From: Octopus bimaculoides
Taxonomy: Eukaryota
Length of the DNA stretch: 59,851 nt
Assembly: GCF_001194135.2 (NCBI RefSeq)
Contig: NC_069006.1
Coordinates: forward strand, 17,109,348 to 17,169,198
Direction of reading: 5' to 3'
This document shows positions 1-12,640 of this stretch, piece by piece; position 1 is the stretch's first letter, and each line of letters opens with the position of its first letter. The notes below the pieces were generated by a model. The model was given only the letters and a program-made list of their open reading frames with translations, made no database searches and was not told the origin of the DNA. A program made the position numbers and the translations under genes.

Positions 1-25
1 AATTCTTTACCAATAGAATATGGAC

Positions 26-200
26 AATCCTTTCTACTATAGGCACAAGGCCTGGAATTTGCGAGAAGGGGGATTACGTCGATTACATCGACCCCAGCAC
101 TTGACTGCTGCTTAATTTATCGACCCCGAAAGGATGAAAGGCAAAGTCGACCTCAGCGGAATTTGAACTCAGAACATAAAGACAGATGAAATACCGCTAA
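26..200 (-). mobile_element. tRNA-derived SINE, family A (partial)
   Basis: Reverse complement of the window's commonest repeat (head GGCGGCGAGCTGGCAGAA, B-box-like GTTCAAATTCC, core TTTCATCCTTTCGGGGTCGATAAATTAAGTACCAG, tail GGCCTTGTGCCTATAGTAGAAAGGATT), which recurs more than 15 times. Confidence 0.85.
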
Positions 201-949
201 ACAAGAACATGAGCGCAGACATACGTATGCGTGCACTCCCGGACACGTACCCAGGGGCAAGTCAACGAGAGTGTCTATGCTCTATTATCTGAGTACTATA
301 TTGTATTCGTATATTTGTAAACGATTGGAATACTTCCCAGGGTCAATACACTTTAACTGCAACAGATCATTATAATTGAATTAAATGAGGGCGGTGAATG
401 AGAAGAAATTTTTGTCAGATGTTAATTAATAAAATCTGCTACGCAAATTAAAAAAAATATATATCTGCTCATATAATAATAGAGTATCAATAATTATTTC
501 TCTAATAAATAACATTGGTTGAACGGTTCATGACATAACTAATAAAGCAGTAGTCATCGTAATCTATGTAAATGTTTCATCTGCATAAAATCAAATCGGG
601 ATTTTTAAACAGCTATGAAAAATGTTATTGTGTACCAGTTCGGACTGTATTCTAACGTCATTTAGAAAAAGGTTGGTAATTTTAACCTGTTGCCTGTCCT
701 GTGTATTACATGTGATACACGGGACATATTTCTTTGGTGTCCAATGTATGATACACGTTACATCCCCATCAAACCCCTCTTTTTTTAACCTGTAAAGTAA
801 CTTAGGGCTTACTTGAGTAAACCAGGTGAGAATATTTCACTTGTGCGTTTGAGTTGATTATATTGAGGAAAGACAGAGAGAGAAGGTGAGAGGGTGAAAG
901 AAAGAGAGAGAGAGAGAGGGTGAGAGGGAGATAGGGAGAGAGAGAGAAG

Positions 950-988
<39 letters not shown>

Positions 989-2052
989 GCGCGCGCAAAT
1001 ATACATACACGTATATAGTTTGAATATATAATGAATAAGTTTTTACCTTTTAGTAGTCGGATATTTGAAGAATGCGTTTTGTATGACGTAATGTGTGAAA
1101 GATGAATATAAAGCCACGTTATTGAAACATATGTAGCACGGATTGAACTTGTATCGTGCATTTATATTTGATTATATTCATGTACCGCCTGACATACGTA
1201 ACTAATGTTATTACTGGGCTTGGAGTTGTGGAGTACACGATATCATTAAATAATCACTCTTAATTCTATAATGGAATACTAAAATGGGAATATTATTGAT
1301 TAATGTAGTTATCAATTTGTTAATGTTCCTAGAATGTAAACTGCTTGCCAGTCACATACTGGAACCTACTGAGCAATCGATGTGATCCAAACCAAGTATA
1401 TGTGTATGTATAATTTGTAGCGCCTGCAGAAGGGCTGCAGACCCATGGGTTTAGTAGGCTCTCCTAAAGTGGCAACATTGATGCCGTTAATGTTCGTCTT
1501 GAACTTTTGTAAGTCAACACCTGTTAGGAATACAAACACAAGAACGGAGATGAGATTCCAGTGGACCAATGTTCTGGAGAAGAAGAACTGATTGCAGTGT
1601 TAGTGCGGAGCCTAGTGGGGTGGGCTAGACACAACAAGGCTGACAAGAATTGCACGAGCGTCTCGGAAGTGCCCGAGCAAAGAAGGTACAAGATCGGACA
1701 TTATCATCGCGAGAGAAAAGACAGTAAATACGTGTGTATAAGTGAGTGAGAGACAGAGAGAGGCTTGGTATATGTACCGGTGTATGTGTTGTTGATATGC
1801 GAGAGAAAGCCATGTATGTTTGGGTGTGTGAGAGCGCAGGTGTAGGTATCTACTTCCACTTGTTTATGAGCAGATGTAAGTATCTATGTGCGTGTGTGCG
1901 TATGTATTTCTACGTGTGTGTATGGAAATACATGCAAGTGTATATGTATGAAGGGGTATATGTACCTATATGTCTATCTGTTTATGTAGACGGGCTTAAA
2001 TATTTATGAGTGTGTACGCATGCGTGTGTATGTTTATAGCCCTGTATGAGCA

Positions 2053-2054
<2 letters not shown>

Positions 2055-2100
<46 letters not shown>

Positions 2101-2220
2101 CAGTTCAGTATTTCTCTCTCTCTTGCTTGCTCGCTCTCGCTCTGCCTATTTCTCTCTCTCTGCCTATTTCTCTCTCTCTGCCTATTTCTCTCTCTCTGTC
2201 TATCTCTCTCTCTCTGTCTA

Positions 2221-2253
<33 letters not shown>

Positions 2254-2267
2254 TTCTCTCTCTCTCT
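2055..2267. repeat. (GT)n then (CT)n microsatellites bordering an assembly gap
   Basis: Direct reading. Confidence 0.95.
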
Positions 2268-2851
2268 NNNNNNNNNNNNNNNNNNNNNNNNNNNNNNNNN
2301 NNNNNNNNNNNNNNNNNNNNNNNNNNNNNNNNNNNNNNNNNNNNNNNNNNNNNNNNNNNNNNNNNNNNNNNNNNNNNNNNNNNNNNNNNNNNNNNNNNNN
2401 NNNNNNNNNNNNNNNNNNNNNNNNNNNNNNNNNNNNNNNNNNNNNNNNNNNNNNNNNNNNNNNNNNNNNNNNNNNNNNNNNNNNNNNNNNNNNNNNNNNN
2501 NNNNNNNNNNNNNNNNNNNNNNNNNNNNNNNNNNNNNNNNNNNNNNNNNNNNNNNNNNNNNNNNNNNNNNNNNNNNNNNNNNNNNNNNNNNNNNNNNNNN
2601 NNNNNNNNNNNNNNNNNNNNNNNNNNNNNNNNNNNNNNNNNNNNNNNNNNNNNNNNNNNNNNNNNNNNNNNNNNNNNNNNNNNNNNNNNNNNNNNNNNNN
2701 NNNNNNNNNNNNNNNNNNNNNNNNNNNNNNNNNNNNNNNNNNNNNNNNNNNNNNNNNNNNNNNNNNNNNNNNNNNNNNNNNNNNNNNNNNNNNNNNNNNN
2801 NNNNNNNNNNNNNNNNNNNNNNNNNNNNNNNNNNNNNNNNNNNNNNNNNNN

Positions 2852-3330
2852 NGCGGCGGTGGTGGTGGCAGTAGTAGTAGTAGTAGTGGTGGTGGTGGTG
2901 GTAGTTGTGGTTGTTGCGGTGCTGTCAGTAATGGCTTTGGTGTTGTTGTTGTTGTTCTTCTTGGTGGTGGTGGTGGTGGTGGTGGTGATTGTGCTAACTG
3001 TAGTGGTAATTGTAATTGTAGTGGTTGTAGTGGCGATGGTGTTTGGGGTGGAGGTTGTGGTGGTGGTTGTTGTTGGTGGTGGTAGTGGTAGTGGCCGTTT
3101 TTGTTGTAGTACTGGTTATAGAGGTGATGGCCATCGTTACTGTTCTTCCAGTGGCGGCAGTCTTGGTCATTGTTGGAATGATAGTTATTGTCGTCGTCGT
3201 CGTCGTAGCCATTGTTGTTGTTGTTGTTTTTGTTGTTGTGGTGGTGGTGGTGGAGGTGACAGGAGTAGTAATTCTTTCTGTCGTTGTTATGTTTTTCTTT
3301 AATTTTTGCATTGTTCATTCTTGATTTTTC
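2852..3330. repeat. Compound trinucleotide array (GGT/GTT/AGT)n
   Basis: Direct reading; source of spurious poly-V/G/T ORFs. Confidence 0.9.
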
Positions 3331-3454
3331 TGTTAATAATTGTTGTGGTGTTCGTTCTTATTCTAACATTAATGATGGTTATTCTGTTTTTGGTGCTTAT
3401 TTAGCCTCAAACAATCCCCAGATATCCTCAGATAATCCCCAATCAAACACACTA

Positions 3455-3815
3455 ACTGGCAGAATCGTTAGAGCGTCTGGAAAATGCCTTGCAGTATTTC
3501 TATCGTCTCTTTATGTTTTGAGTTCAACACCAGCTACGGTTAACTTTGTCTTTTATCCCCCAGTGGTCGATAAAATAAAGTACCAGTAAAGTTCTATAGT
3601 CAATGGTATCGATAAACCTCCTTCTATCAAAATTGCTGGCCTCGTGCCAAAAGAAGACGTTGTCATCTCACGTACTGAGTTCAGATTCTGCCGAGATTGC
3701 ATTTACCTTTCATCCTTTCAAGGTCGACGCAATAAGTACAAGCCGAGCACGGGTTCGATGTAATCGACTTTCCCCTCCCCTCAAAACCGGTGGCCTTGTG
3801 CCAAAATTTGGAACC

Positions 3816-3870
<55 letters not shown>
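3455..3870 (+). mobile_element. Two diverged SINE family A copies ending in (TTA)n
   Basis: CTGGCAGAATCGTTAG head at ~3457; second copy from 3677 with core and tail, then (TAT)n. Confidence 0.75.
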
Positions 3871-3872
<2 letters not shown>

Positions 3873-4544
3873 GCGGGTCAACAATGCAAGTTTCAATTCC
3901 AATATCTTCCAAGTCTTTTAAGTAAAATTGTGGGTGTTGTGCCAAGTTTACCAATTGCTACAGGAATAATTGTTACCTTGGTCTTCTATAGACTTTTCAG
4001 GTCTCTGGACAGATCATGATATTTCTCAGAATTTTTCAGTTTCTTTGGTATCAGCTCTGCTATCATAGTGAATGGCAAAATCTACTCGACTGTTCCCCTC
4101 CCCCCCAAAATTTCAGGCCTTGTGCCTAAAGTAGAAAGAAAGGATTATCATTATTATTATTATTAATATTGTTGTTGTTGTTATTATAACGTCGTCGTTG
4201 TTGTTGTTGTTGTTATTATTATTATCATTATTATTAAGGTGGCGAGCTAGCAAAATCGCTAGCACCTCCGACGAGGTACTTGGTGGCATTTTGTTTACAC
4301 CGAACTTGCTAGCGTTTGTGACAAAATTTTGAAATCATTATTGTTCTTGTTCTTGTCGCTGTTGTTATTATTTTGAAACCATTATTATTGTCTTAAACCT
4401 GAGGTCCTGATATCTAGTGGAGGACCAAACTCTCTTTCATTTTACTGTATTTTATTCCGTATAATACCTTCGCTACCATTCTTCCTGGCATCCCTAAAAA
4501 CGGTAAACGGTCAGGAATTCAGACAGAATGATCAAACGTTGGTC

Positions 4545-4619
4545 TTATCTGCTAAGTTGGTAATGTCTAAGTTGTGTGAAATAGCCGCAGTGTTCTACTT
4601 CACCAAACACAACTCGTTC
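4545..4619 (-). CDS. Weak candidate terminal exon (ERVVFGEVEHCGYFTQLRHYQLSR*)
   Basis: Acceptor TTTTCTCTTCTAATTGCAATTATCTGTGCAG| and the longest open frame ending in TAA; no homology recognised. Confidence 0.15.
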   Translation of the reverse strand, partial: ERVVFGEVEHCGYFTQLRHYQLSR

Positions 4620-4826
4620 CTGCACAGATAATTGCAATTAGAAGAGAAAAGTGCATATGAAAAGTACAAAATATAAGAATGCCTTGGAATAATAGAATAG
4701 AGAGAGAGAGAGAGAGAGAGTGGAGTTGGTGGTTAAGAGGATAGAAAGGAGAGGATGCAAGGAAAATGAGAACGAGTAGAATAGAGGGATTGAGTGAGAT
4801 AAAAATGGGGACTGGGATATAAGCAT

Positions 4827-4861
<35 letters not shown>

Positions 4862-5942
4862 AACACACACAAACACTCACACACATATACATACATATAT
4901 ACGCACACACACACACATATATGTACACACACACACACACACACACACACATATGTATGTTATATATGTTAAAAGAGAGAGAAAGATAACGAGATTGTGG
5001 AATACAGAGAAACTGGGGGCAGTGGAATAAAGGAGATTTATGAGATAAAGAAAGGAGATCCAGCAGAGGAGAGTAAGAGAGAACAGGAAGATAAGAGTGT
5101 GTGCAAGATAGTTGGGGAAGAAAGAGAAAAATAGAGAGGTGAAGAGAAAAGGAGAAAGAGAGAGAAAATCAGAGAGGGGGAGTGGAGGAGAGAGAGAGAG
5201 AGAGAGAGAGGGGGGAGAGAGAGAGAGAGAGAAAGAAACAACGTAGAAAAAGTATAAAAACACAAAACAAACAAAATTAAACTGGTTGAAATGATATTTT
5301 TAAAAATATAANNNNNNNNNNNNNNNNNNNNNNNNNNNNNNNNNNNNNNNNNNNNNNNNNNNNNNNNNNNNNNNNNNNNNNNNNNNNNNNNNNNNNNNNN
5401 NNNNNNNNNNNNNNNNTGTATGGAAGGATTAGGTGACAAGATTAAATTATGTGTCGTTGAAGATGTGCCATTTTATTTCAGCTTCCTTTGTTTTGGGGGG
5501 TTTTTTTGGGGTTTTTTTTTAAGATTTCCTCTGCAACAGTACGTCAGCCTTATTGTCGCTAATGTTGTCACAAAGTCTAAAGTTTTCAGCAATAATTGGT
5601 TAATACTGACTTCATTAACACTTAGCAGTGTCACGTGGTTACACGCTTGGGCTTTGAGTGTCACTTTTTGTTATTTATTTTTTTCTTTCTAGTTATGCCT
5701 TTTTTTTTTTTTTTTGAGCTTTCCAAAAGGGTCAATCACAGGTTCACTGCATTTTTTAACGATGGAGAGAGTGACTAGGGAGTAGGTGTATAAGTCGGGC
5801 GGAATAAATATCACAAGGTATTTTCATTTGAAAACACCAGATATCTTCTCGTCGATGTTTACATATGTCTGTGGCCGACGTATAAAAAAAAAACACAAAA
5901 ACATACACACACCTACACCAAGATAATGCACATAATGAAAGA

Positions 5943-5980
<38 letters not shown>

Positions 5981-6179
5981 GAAGCATGCATACGCTGTGT
6001 GTTTGTGTATATATGCGCTGTATTAAAAATACTGTCGCAATCTAGTTTTATCTTCTTTGATATAAGTTTTTATTTTTTGTATTTTCTTTTTTCTTTTTGT
6101 TTTTCATATTTTCCATAAATAAAATACTAAACAAGTGAATCTACAGGATAAAACAAACACTAACCAGCAAAGGGTATTC

Positions 6180-6950
6180 AAACTAGTAGAGCAAGACAAA
6201 GAACAATACCAACACAAACACAGAAGCAAGAGAATCCATCAGACACTACACATATTAAAAATACACAAAGTACGCATAAAATGTATTACATGAATCAAAT
6301 GCGTTCTATCTATAGAAGAGATTGATACACCAAAAACCTCATAAAATAGAATACAAAATACGTAGCACCGAATCATAAATCAACACAAATAATATACTGC
6401 AAAATTGATAAAGTTAAAAACCTCATTGACAATTAGCCACAAGGGTTGATGTAATTCTGGAAACAAGAAACAAATTCGAATGCAAGCTTGGAAGTTGTAA
6501 AATTCTCGACTTCAACTGTTATATTAGCTATTCAAATGCAATATTCTCCTGTTAGTAATTGCTACAAGGGGCGATTGCAATATATTATATTGCAAATGTA
6601 AGACTAAACTATTTAGAAAACATTAGAGAACAACATAACTATGCTCTACACAATTCCACTCCAACTAAACGTGGGAAGCAATAACTTTAGCACAATATAA
6701 TGCTTAAAGGAACGCTCAGAGAACATGCATTAATCACAAAAATAAAAAAAATACTCTTCAGTGATATCAACAAAAATCACATTGGCACCGCTTAATATCA
6801 TGCGATAGCAACACTAGAAACTGAGATCACGAACGTCTAAATCACTAAAAATCAATTTCAAAACTTCACTGTTCCAAATGGACTGCTTGGAGCTAATGAA
6901 AATACGGAAAGAAAATAGTTCATAAAATGGTAAAGCAACATAATCATATT
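6180..6950 (+). mobile_element. Highly decayed Penelope-like element fragment (probable GIY-YIG region)
   Basis: Frameshifted peptides CNILYCKC, NVGS...LKER/REH resemble PLE endonuclease motifs; A-rich coding-like composition. Confidence 0.4.
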
Positions 6951-7334
6951 TTCAATACATGTTAAACGACAAGCTGTTTCCTATATTTATACGCCTATAA
7001 CCACTCAAATAGATGTTTAAAAGAAAACTATTTCCCTAAATTACACAAAGATATTCACCTACGCGATTCAATATATCGGTATTAATCTTATATTGGTTCC
7101 GTAAATTTATTCATTATCACGTTCTGTTGGCTTCTTTCAATATTTCTTTGTGGTTATATCCAGGCTGTCAACTAAGCACCATTATGTAAATTTCTTAGTG
7201 TTATTAAAAGGTTGATTATAATATTGACGGAAAGGTATGTTCCTATTAACTTTGGTAGTTGAAAGGTAAAGTAATGAGTCCCAGATGAGTTTTAAGAAAT
7301 GACAAAACTAGCGGAACAGTTCTCACTTTTTAAG

Positions 7335-7450
7335 ATGCCGGGCAAAATGCTTAGCGGTATTTCGTCTGCCGCTACGTTCTGAGTGCAAATTCCGCCGAGG
7401 TTGACTTTGCCTTCCATCCTTTCGGGGTCGATAAATTAAGCACCAGTTGT
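7335..7450 (+). mobile_element. SINE family A (partial)
   Basis: ATGCCGGGCAAAATGCTTAGCGGTATTTCGTCTGCC...GGGGTCGATAAATTAAG. Confidence 0.85.
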
Positions 7451-7560
7451 GCCTATAGCAGGAAGGAACAGTTCTCACTTTCAACCTCTTAAGTATATAT
7501 GGGTGACGCAAGGATTAGAATTCTACTCAAGTTTCGATATATGTGTGTTAAGTGTGTGTT

Positions 7561-7599
<39 letters not shown>

Positions 7600-7875
7600 A
7601 TAAATCACATATAATTTTTGCATATACAAGCAAATGCATACATACAAACAGAGAATATACAAGGAGTTTTCTTCAACTAACGTAATGCAATAGGTAAGTA
7701 CAATGAGCGCTCAGCTTGGTCTACCACTAAAACTACATCGTTAACTGCAACTCTCGAGACTGTCTTTCGAAGCGGCTTGAAGTAGTTTCTCCTGGGGCGG
7801 GTAGATATAAATTAAAATAAATGAAAAGCAAAACATTTAATTTAGATAGAGATTCCCTTCTCTTCCTGGTAAATC

Positions 7876-8217
7876 AAAGCACCAGAACGCAGAACATGGC
7901 ACCAGTGCTGCTTCTCCTCAGTTTAAGTATTTGAGCAAAGTCGACTCCAGCATCGGGACCGACTTCGTGCAAGCCCGAAGGCACGCTGGTAAAACGCTGC
8001 TCCTCTAAATGGAAACCTTACCTGTCATTGTGGTTTTGTGGTACGAAGTAAAGCAGGCCTTGCCGTCAACTCAAGAAAACGCATAGTAAATGATCCACAA
8101 GTACTCAAGCAAACTGAGTCCTCAAATTCTTTCATTTGCCAAAAGGTTTGCAAGGAATCAGCAGGCTTCAAGAGATACATTCGTGTCCATAGAACAGGAT
8201 TAACTCCGTTTTACTAG
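7876..8217 (+). mobile_element. RTE-clade LINE ORF C-terminus with two degenerate C2H2-like fingers (pseudogenised)
   Basis: One frame reads KAPERRTWHQCCFSSV*VFEQSRLQHRDRLRASPKARW*NAAPLNGNLTCHCGFVVRSKAGLAVNSRK...FICQKVCKESAGFKRYIRVH, matching the RTE DR..WR...FE..R...LTC..CG..CRS.AGL..H pattern; two in-frame stops. Confidence 0.7.
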
Positions 8218-8272
8218 ACCCTCATTTGTTGTTCATGACAACAAAATCCACCATATATGTACACACACACAA

Positions 8273-8340
<68 letters not shown>

Positions 8341-8426
8341 GATAACGTAATATAAAACCAAAAAGGAAAAATTAAATTGTCACTAATAGTAACTGAGAGC
8401 GCAAGGTATGTATATGTGTGTGTGTG

Positions 8427-8468
<42 letters not shown>

Positions 8469-8531
8469 TAGATATATACATATATATATGTATACATACA
8501 TATATATACACTATCTATCTCNNNNNNNNNN

Positions 8532-8581
<50 letters not shown>

Positions 8582-9059
8582 TATATATATAGGTGTGTGT
8601 GTATGTATATATGTATGTATAATTAAGGAAACATCCACCACTACAAACGCACACCCACACACATCAAATAAACCGCCCGAAGAAATCAATAAAACATGTC
8701 CTTCTTTAATATTAAAAGACCACTTGAGGGTTTTAAGAGCGCTAACGATGACGTCTTCTCTTATTCTCAAAATTTTCTCCCACAACCAGAAAGCTCCGTC
8801 AGCCTTGGAAATAATTGGTCGCTAACGATTTCTTATGGAGAAAAACAGAAGAAAGTTAATGGCCAATTAGAAATGATAATTATTATAGTAATTAATACTA
8901 TTGTTTTTATAAAAATTGCTTCTATCATTGAAATCCTTATTATCTACAGAAGTGATTATTGTTGAAGTTACTATTGTTATTATTAAGGTAACCTTATCGT
9001 TATATCTGTTTACCTATCTGTCTATCTATCTTGTTGTCTGGCTGTCTGTCCCTCTCTCT

Positions 9060-9116
<57 letters not shown>

Positions 9117-9500
9117 NNNNNNNNNNNNNNNNNNNNNNNNNNNNNNNNNNNNNNNNNNNNNNNNNNNNNNNNNNNNNNNNNNNNNNNNNNNNNNNNNNNN
9201 NNNNNNNNNNNNNNNNNNNNNNNNNNNNNNNNNNNNNNNNNNNNNNNNNNNNNNNNNNNNNNNNNNNNNNNNNNNNNNNNNNNNNNNNNNNNNNNNNNNN
9301 NNNNNNNNNNNNNNNNNNNNNNNNNNNNNNNNNNNNNNNNNNNNNNNNNNNNNNNNNNNNNNNNNNNNNNNNNNNNNNNNNNNNNNNNNNNNNNNNNNNN
9401 NNNNNNNNNNNNNNNNNNNNNNNNNNNNNNNNNNNNNNNNNNNNNNNNNNNNNNNNNNNNNNNNNNNNNNNNNNNNNNNNNNNNNNNNNNNNNNNNNNNN

Positions 9501-9551
<51 letters not shown>

Positions 9552-9639
9552 GTGTGTGCGTATATATATATACATACATTTGACATATATTCATATAAAT
9601 ATATACATCCTTTGTTTTGTTTTTATTTTTACATTTCCA

Positions 9640-9676
<37 letters not shown>

Positions 9677-9724
9677 TATATACATACATATATGTATACA
9701 TACATACATATGGGTTGCGGGATC

Positions 9725-10000
9725 GGGGTAGTATTGTGGTATTGGGTGGAAGGTAGAAAACCTTTATAAACTTGAACTCTTTGAGGATGTCTTCTTCGAG
9801 GTTAGGTGGGTAAGCAAGTGCATTGTCCAGGACGAGAAGGGTTTGCAGGGGTAGGTTATTTTCCTGAAGATATTTCTTGACGTCAGGGCCAAAGACCAAA
9901 TTCACCCATTCCGCAAAGAACTCCATGGTGACCCACGCCTTCGGGTTTGTTCTTCACATAACCTGCAGTTTTTCTTTTAGAATCTTACGTGACTTAATGA
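9725..10000 (-). mobile_element. pogo/Tigger DDE transposase fragment
   Basis: KSRKILKEKLQVM*RTNPKAWVTMEFFAEWVNLVFGPDVKKYLQENNLPLQTLLVLDNALAYPPNLEEDILKEFKFIKVFYLPPNTT carries the Tigger W(R)AN.KAWVT, LL.LDNA and LPPNTT motifs. Confidence 0.92.
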
Positions 10001-10004
10001 CTCT

Positions 10005-10158
10005 AGCCCAGTGGTGAACTGGTACTTATTTTATCGACCACCAAAATGATGGAAGGCAAAGTCGACCTCGACGGAATTTGAACTTAGAACGTAAAGACGG
10101 GAGAAATGCTGCCAAGAAATTTGATCGGCGTGCTAACGATTCAGCCAGCTCACCGCCG
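10005..10158 (-). mobile_element. SINE family A
   Basis: Reverse complement of head plus core. Confidence 0.85.
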
Positions 10159-10355
10159 TGTGTGTGTGAATATATATTATTGTTTTCAGGACTCGTGCCT
10201 ATAGGAAACAAGATATATATTCAAATAGGAGTGTGGGTGTGCGACGAGTGAGGTTGTTATTAAGAAAGGTAGAGACAACGCTAAAATAAATCTGTTACAA
10301 ACAAAATCTCTGGTTCAATGAAGCATGACATTAATAATTAGTATTAATTTAGGCT

Positions 10356-10388
<33 letters not shown>

Positions 10389-11041
10389 CACTTCCATCAA
10401 AATAAGTAACATCGATTTTTACACCTCGCTAATGACAATAGGAGAACCAGCAATCAATAAATAATAAGCTGATCGAACTTGGAATGATGGAAACATCTCG
10501 GTTTGTCAACAGAGAACACAGCGCGAAGTTTCGAATAAGTCACTCTTCCATCTCTGTCTTACTCATTCCTCTCTTTCTCACTCTCTCTCTCTCTCTTTCT
10601 CTCTCCATCTCTCTCTCTCTCACTCTTTCTCTCCGTCTCTCTTTCACACTCTCTGTGTCTCTATCTCCCGTGCTTTGTCCCCCCCCCCGCCTCTCATTCT
10701 CTCGTCTTCAGTAAATAACACGATTAGCCAACATGTTGAATGTGGAAATATTTAAGAAGAGAAATTCTAAAATATAACGAATCAAAATTCAGTTGCTGTA
10801 ATTATATTTCATCTGGTTCTTATTGAAAAGCTTATTAGATATAATTATGAGATAAGGAAATGACAATATTAGCCTGTAATTAATATTGTTGTAATTGTTA
10901 CAGAAAGTACGGTAGGCAATTCCGGATATGTTTCGATCACTCCCTCTTTCTCTCTCTTCAACTCTCTCTCACTCTCTCTTTCTCTTTCTCTCTCTCTCTC
11001 TCTTCAACTCTCTCTCACTCTCTCTTTCTCTNNNNNNNNNN

Positions 11042-11089
<48 letters not shown>

Positions 11090-11389
11090 GTCAGACATAC
11101 ACTTATATGTACATATATATATATGTAGTGAGGAAAGGCAAGCAATTAGCCAAGGCAGGAGAAGGATATTTGATTTCATTTAATTGAATCCCAAAAAATT
11201 TTGCGAATGGTAAAAATAGTACAAACTGGTGAAGATATTTCTGGGATATCCCAAATATTGGAGCATCGTACCTTGCGAAGACTTTATAAGTTGGGTACTT
11301 CACCATCGGAGAAATATAGGTTAGACAGTGGAAGAATATTCCTCATCAATAATATTTGTTGTGGTTCATTAGATCCGGGAGGGAAACTG

Positions 11390-11700
11390 TTCTGAAACTG
11401 TTCCCAAGGACCCAACAATAATTGGCACTATCTTCACCTTGTTTATTTTCCATAGCCGGGCTGTTTTGTATTTAAGAGGGTTGCATCTATTTATCTTTTC
11501 ACCTTCCTTCTTGACTATTCGTGAGTCAAAGGAGCTGGCAACATCAACTATATAGTATATGCGGTGCACCTTGTCTACCACCACTAGGTCCGGTCTGTTA
11601 TCCTCTAACACCTGGTCTATTTGGATTTGGAAACCCTAGAGGATTTTGCTAGTCTCCGACTCTTCCACTCTCTGCGGTTTGTGTTCATACCGCATCTAGC
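11390..11700 (-). mobile_element. R4/Dong-type non-LTR retrotransposon, restriction-like endonuclease fragment
   Basis: YEHKPQRVEESETSKIL*GFQIQIDQVLEDNRPDLVVVDK...IVDVASSFDSRIVKKEGEKI...ARLWKINKVKIVPIIVGSLGTV has the RPD..DVA..KE.EK RLE signature; W->stop mutation. Confidence 0.88.
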
Positions 11701-11976
11701 CTCTCTCTACGCATGATTCTTCAGTGAAAAATTGGAGAAGAACCTTCATTTACGATATTTTTTTCTTAATTTTAATTCCATACCCCCTAAAATGACATTA
11801 AAATTTCTTTGCCAACTCGTACTTTAAAGTTTTCGCGATAAGAATTTATCTGCGCACAAGGAATGCATCACCCCTCCGATGCCTATTTTATTTTATTATT
11901 ATTATTATTGTTATTGAAGAGACGCGCTAACAAAATCGTTACCGATTATGGTTGTGTGTGTCTGAGCGCGCGCGCG

Positions 11977-12008
<32 letters not shown>

Positions 12009-12064
12009 TGTATGTATAGTTAAATGTAATACACATACACTCTCCTCCTATCTCNNNNNNNNNN

Positions 12065-12116
<52 letters not shown>

Positions 12117-12439
12117 ACAATGGATAATATACAGACAAAGATTAGGAGATGAATTCTTGAAATATGATATTTAATCGAAATCCACAGAAATCTACGTCTA
12201 AGCCGATTGTTTGTTTATTTAAAATGTTTTCTTTGTGTGTAAAGGATTTCAATCGGGTCTTCGTTATTAGACATCTTTCACATATGTCTGCATGTTCTTC
12301 AAACTGCAATGGGGATTTAGCTATACCAAAATCACTACCCACCCACCCAACCATTCAAAAAAATAACCATAATCTCACCCGTCTACTTTGATAAACTGAT
12401 TGCCCTTGAGACTAAAAAATGGCTATTTCTAACATAGGA

Positions 12440-12640
12440 ATGTGAAGGCACGTTGTTTAGTGGTTAGGGCATTCGGCTGACGATCATAAGGTCGTGAGTA
12501 CAATTCCAGGCGACGCGTTGTGTCCTTGAGCAAGACGCTTTATTTCACGTTACTCTAGTCCACTCAGTTGGCAAAAATAAGTAGTACCTGTAATTCAAAG
12601 GGTCAGCCTTGTTACATTCTGTGTCACGCTGAATCTCCCT
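12440..12640 (+). mobile_element. tRNA-derived SINE, family E
   Basis: TAGTGGTTAGGGCATTCGGCTGACGATCATAAGGTCGTGAGTACAATTCC head, then GTGTCCTTGAGCAAGACGCTTTATTTCACGTT; second copy at 34985-35150. Confidence 0.75.

Noticed and set aside
2006-3324. Long ORFs (up to 458 aa) here and at 9.0, 14.4, 15.3, 20.7, 30.3, 32.2, 39.0, 47.5, 51.6 and 57.7 kb
   Set aside because: They run through N gaps and dinucleotide or trinucleotide repeats, so they are artefacts.
11103-11395. Short ORFs next to the R4 fragment
   Set aside because: No recognisable motif in any frame and no clear splice signals.
12440-12510. tRNA-like sequences here and at 46268, 57525 and 28540
   Set aside because: They have A/B boxes but no complete cloverleaf or acceptor stem, and they continue into SINE bodies; not tRNA genes.
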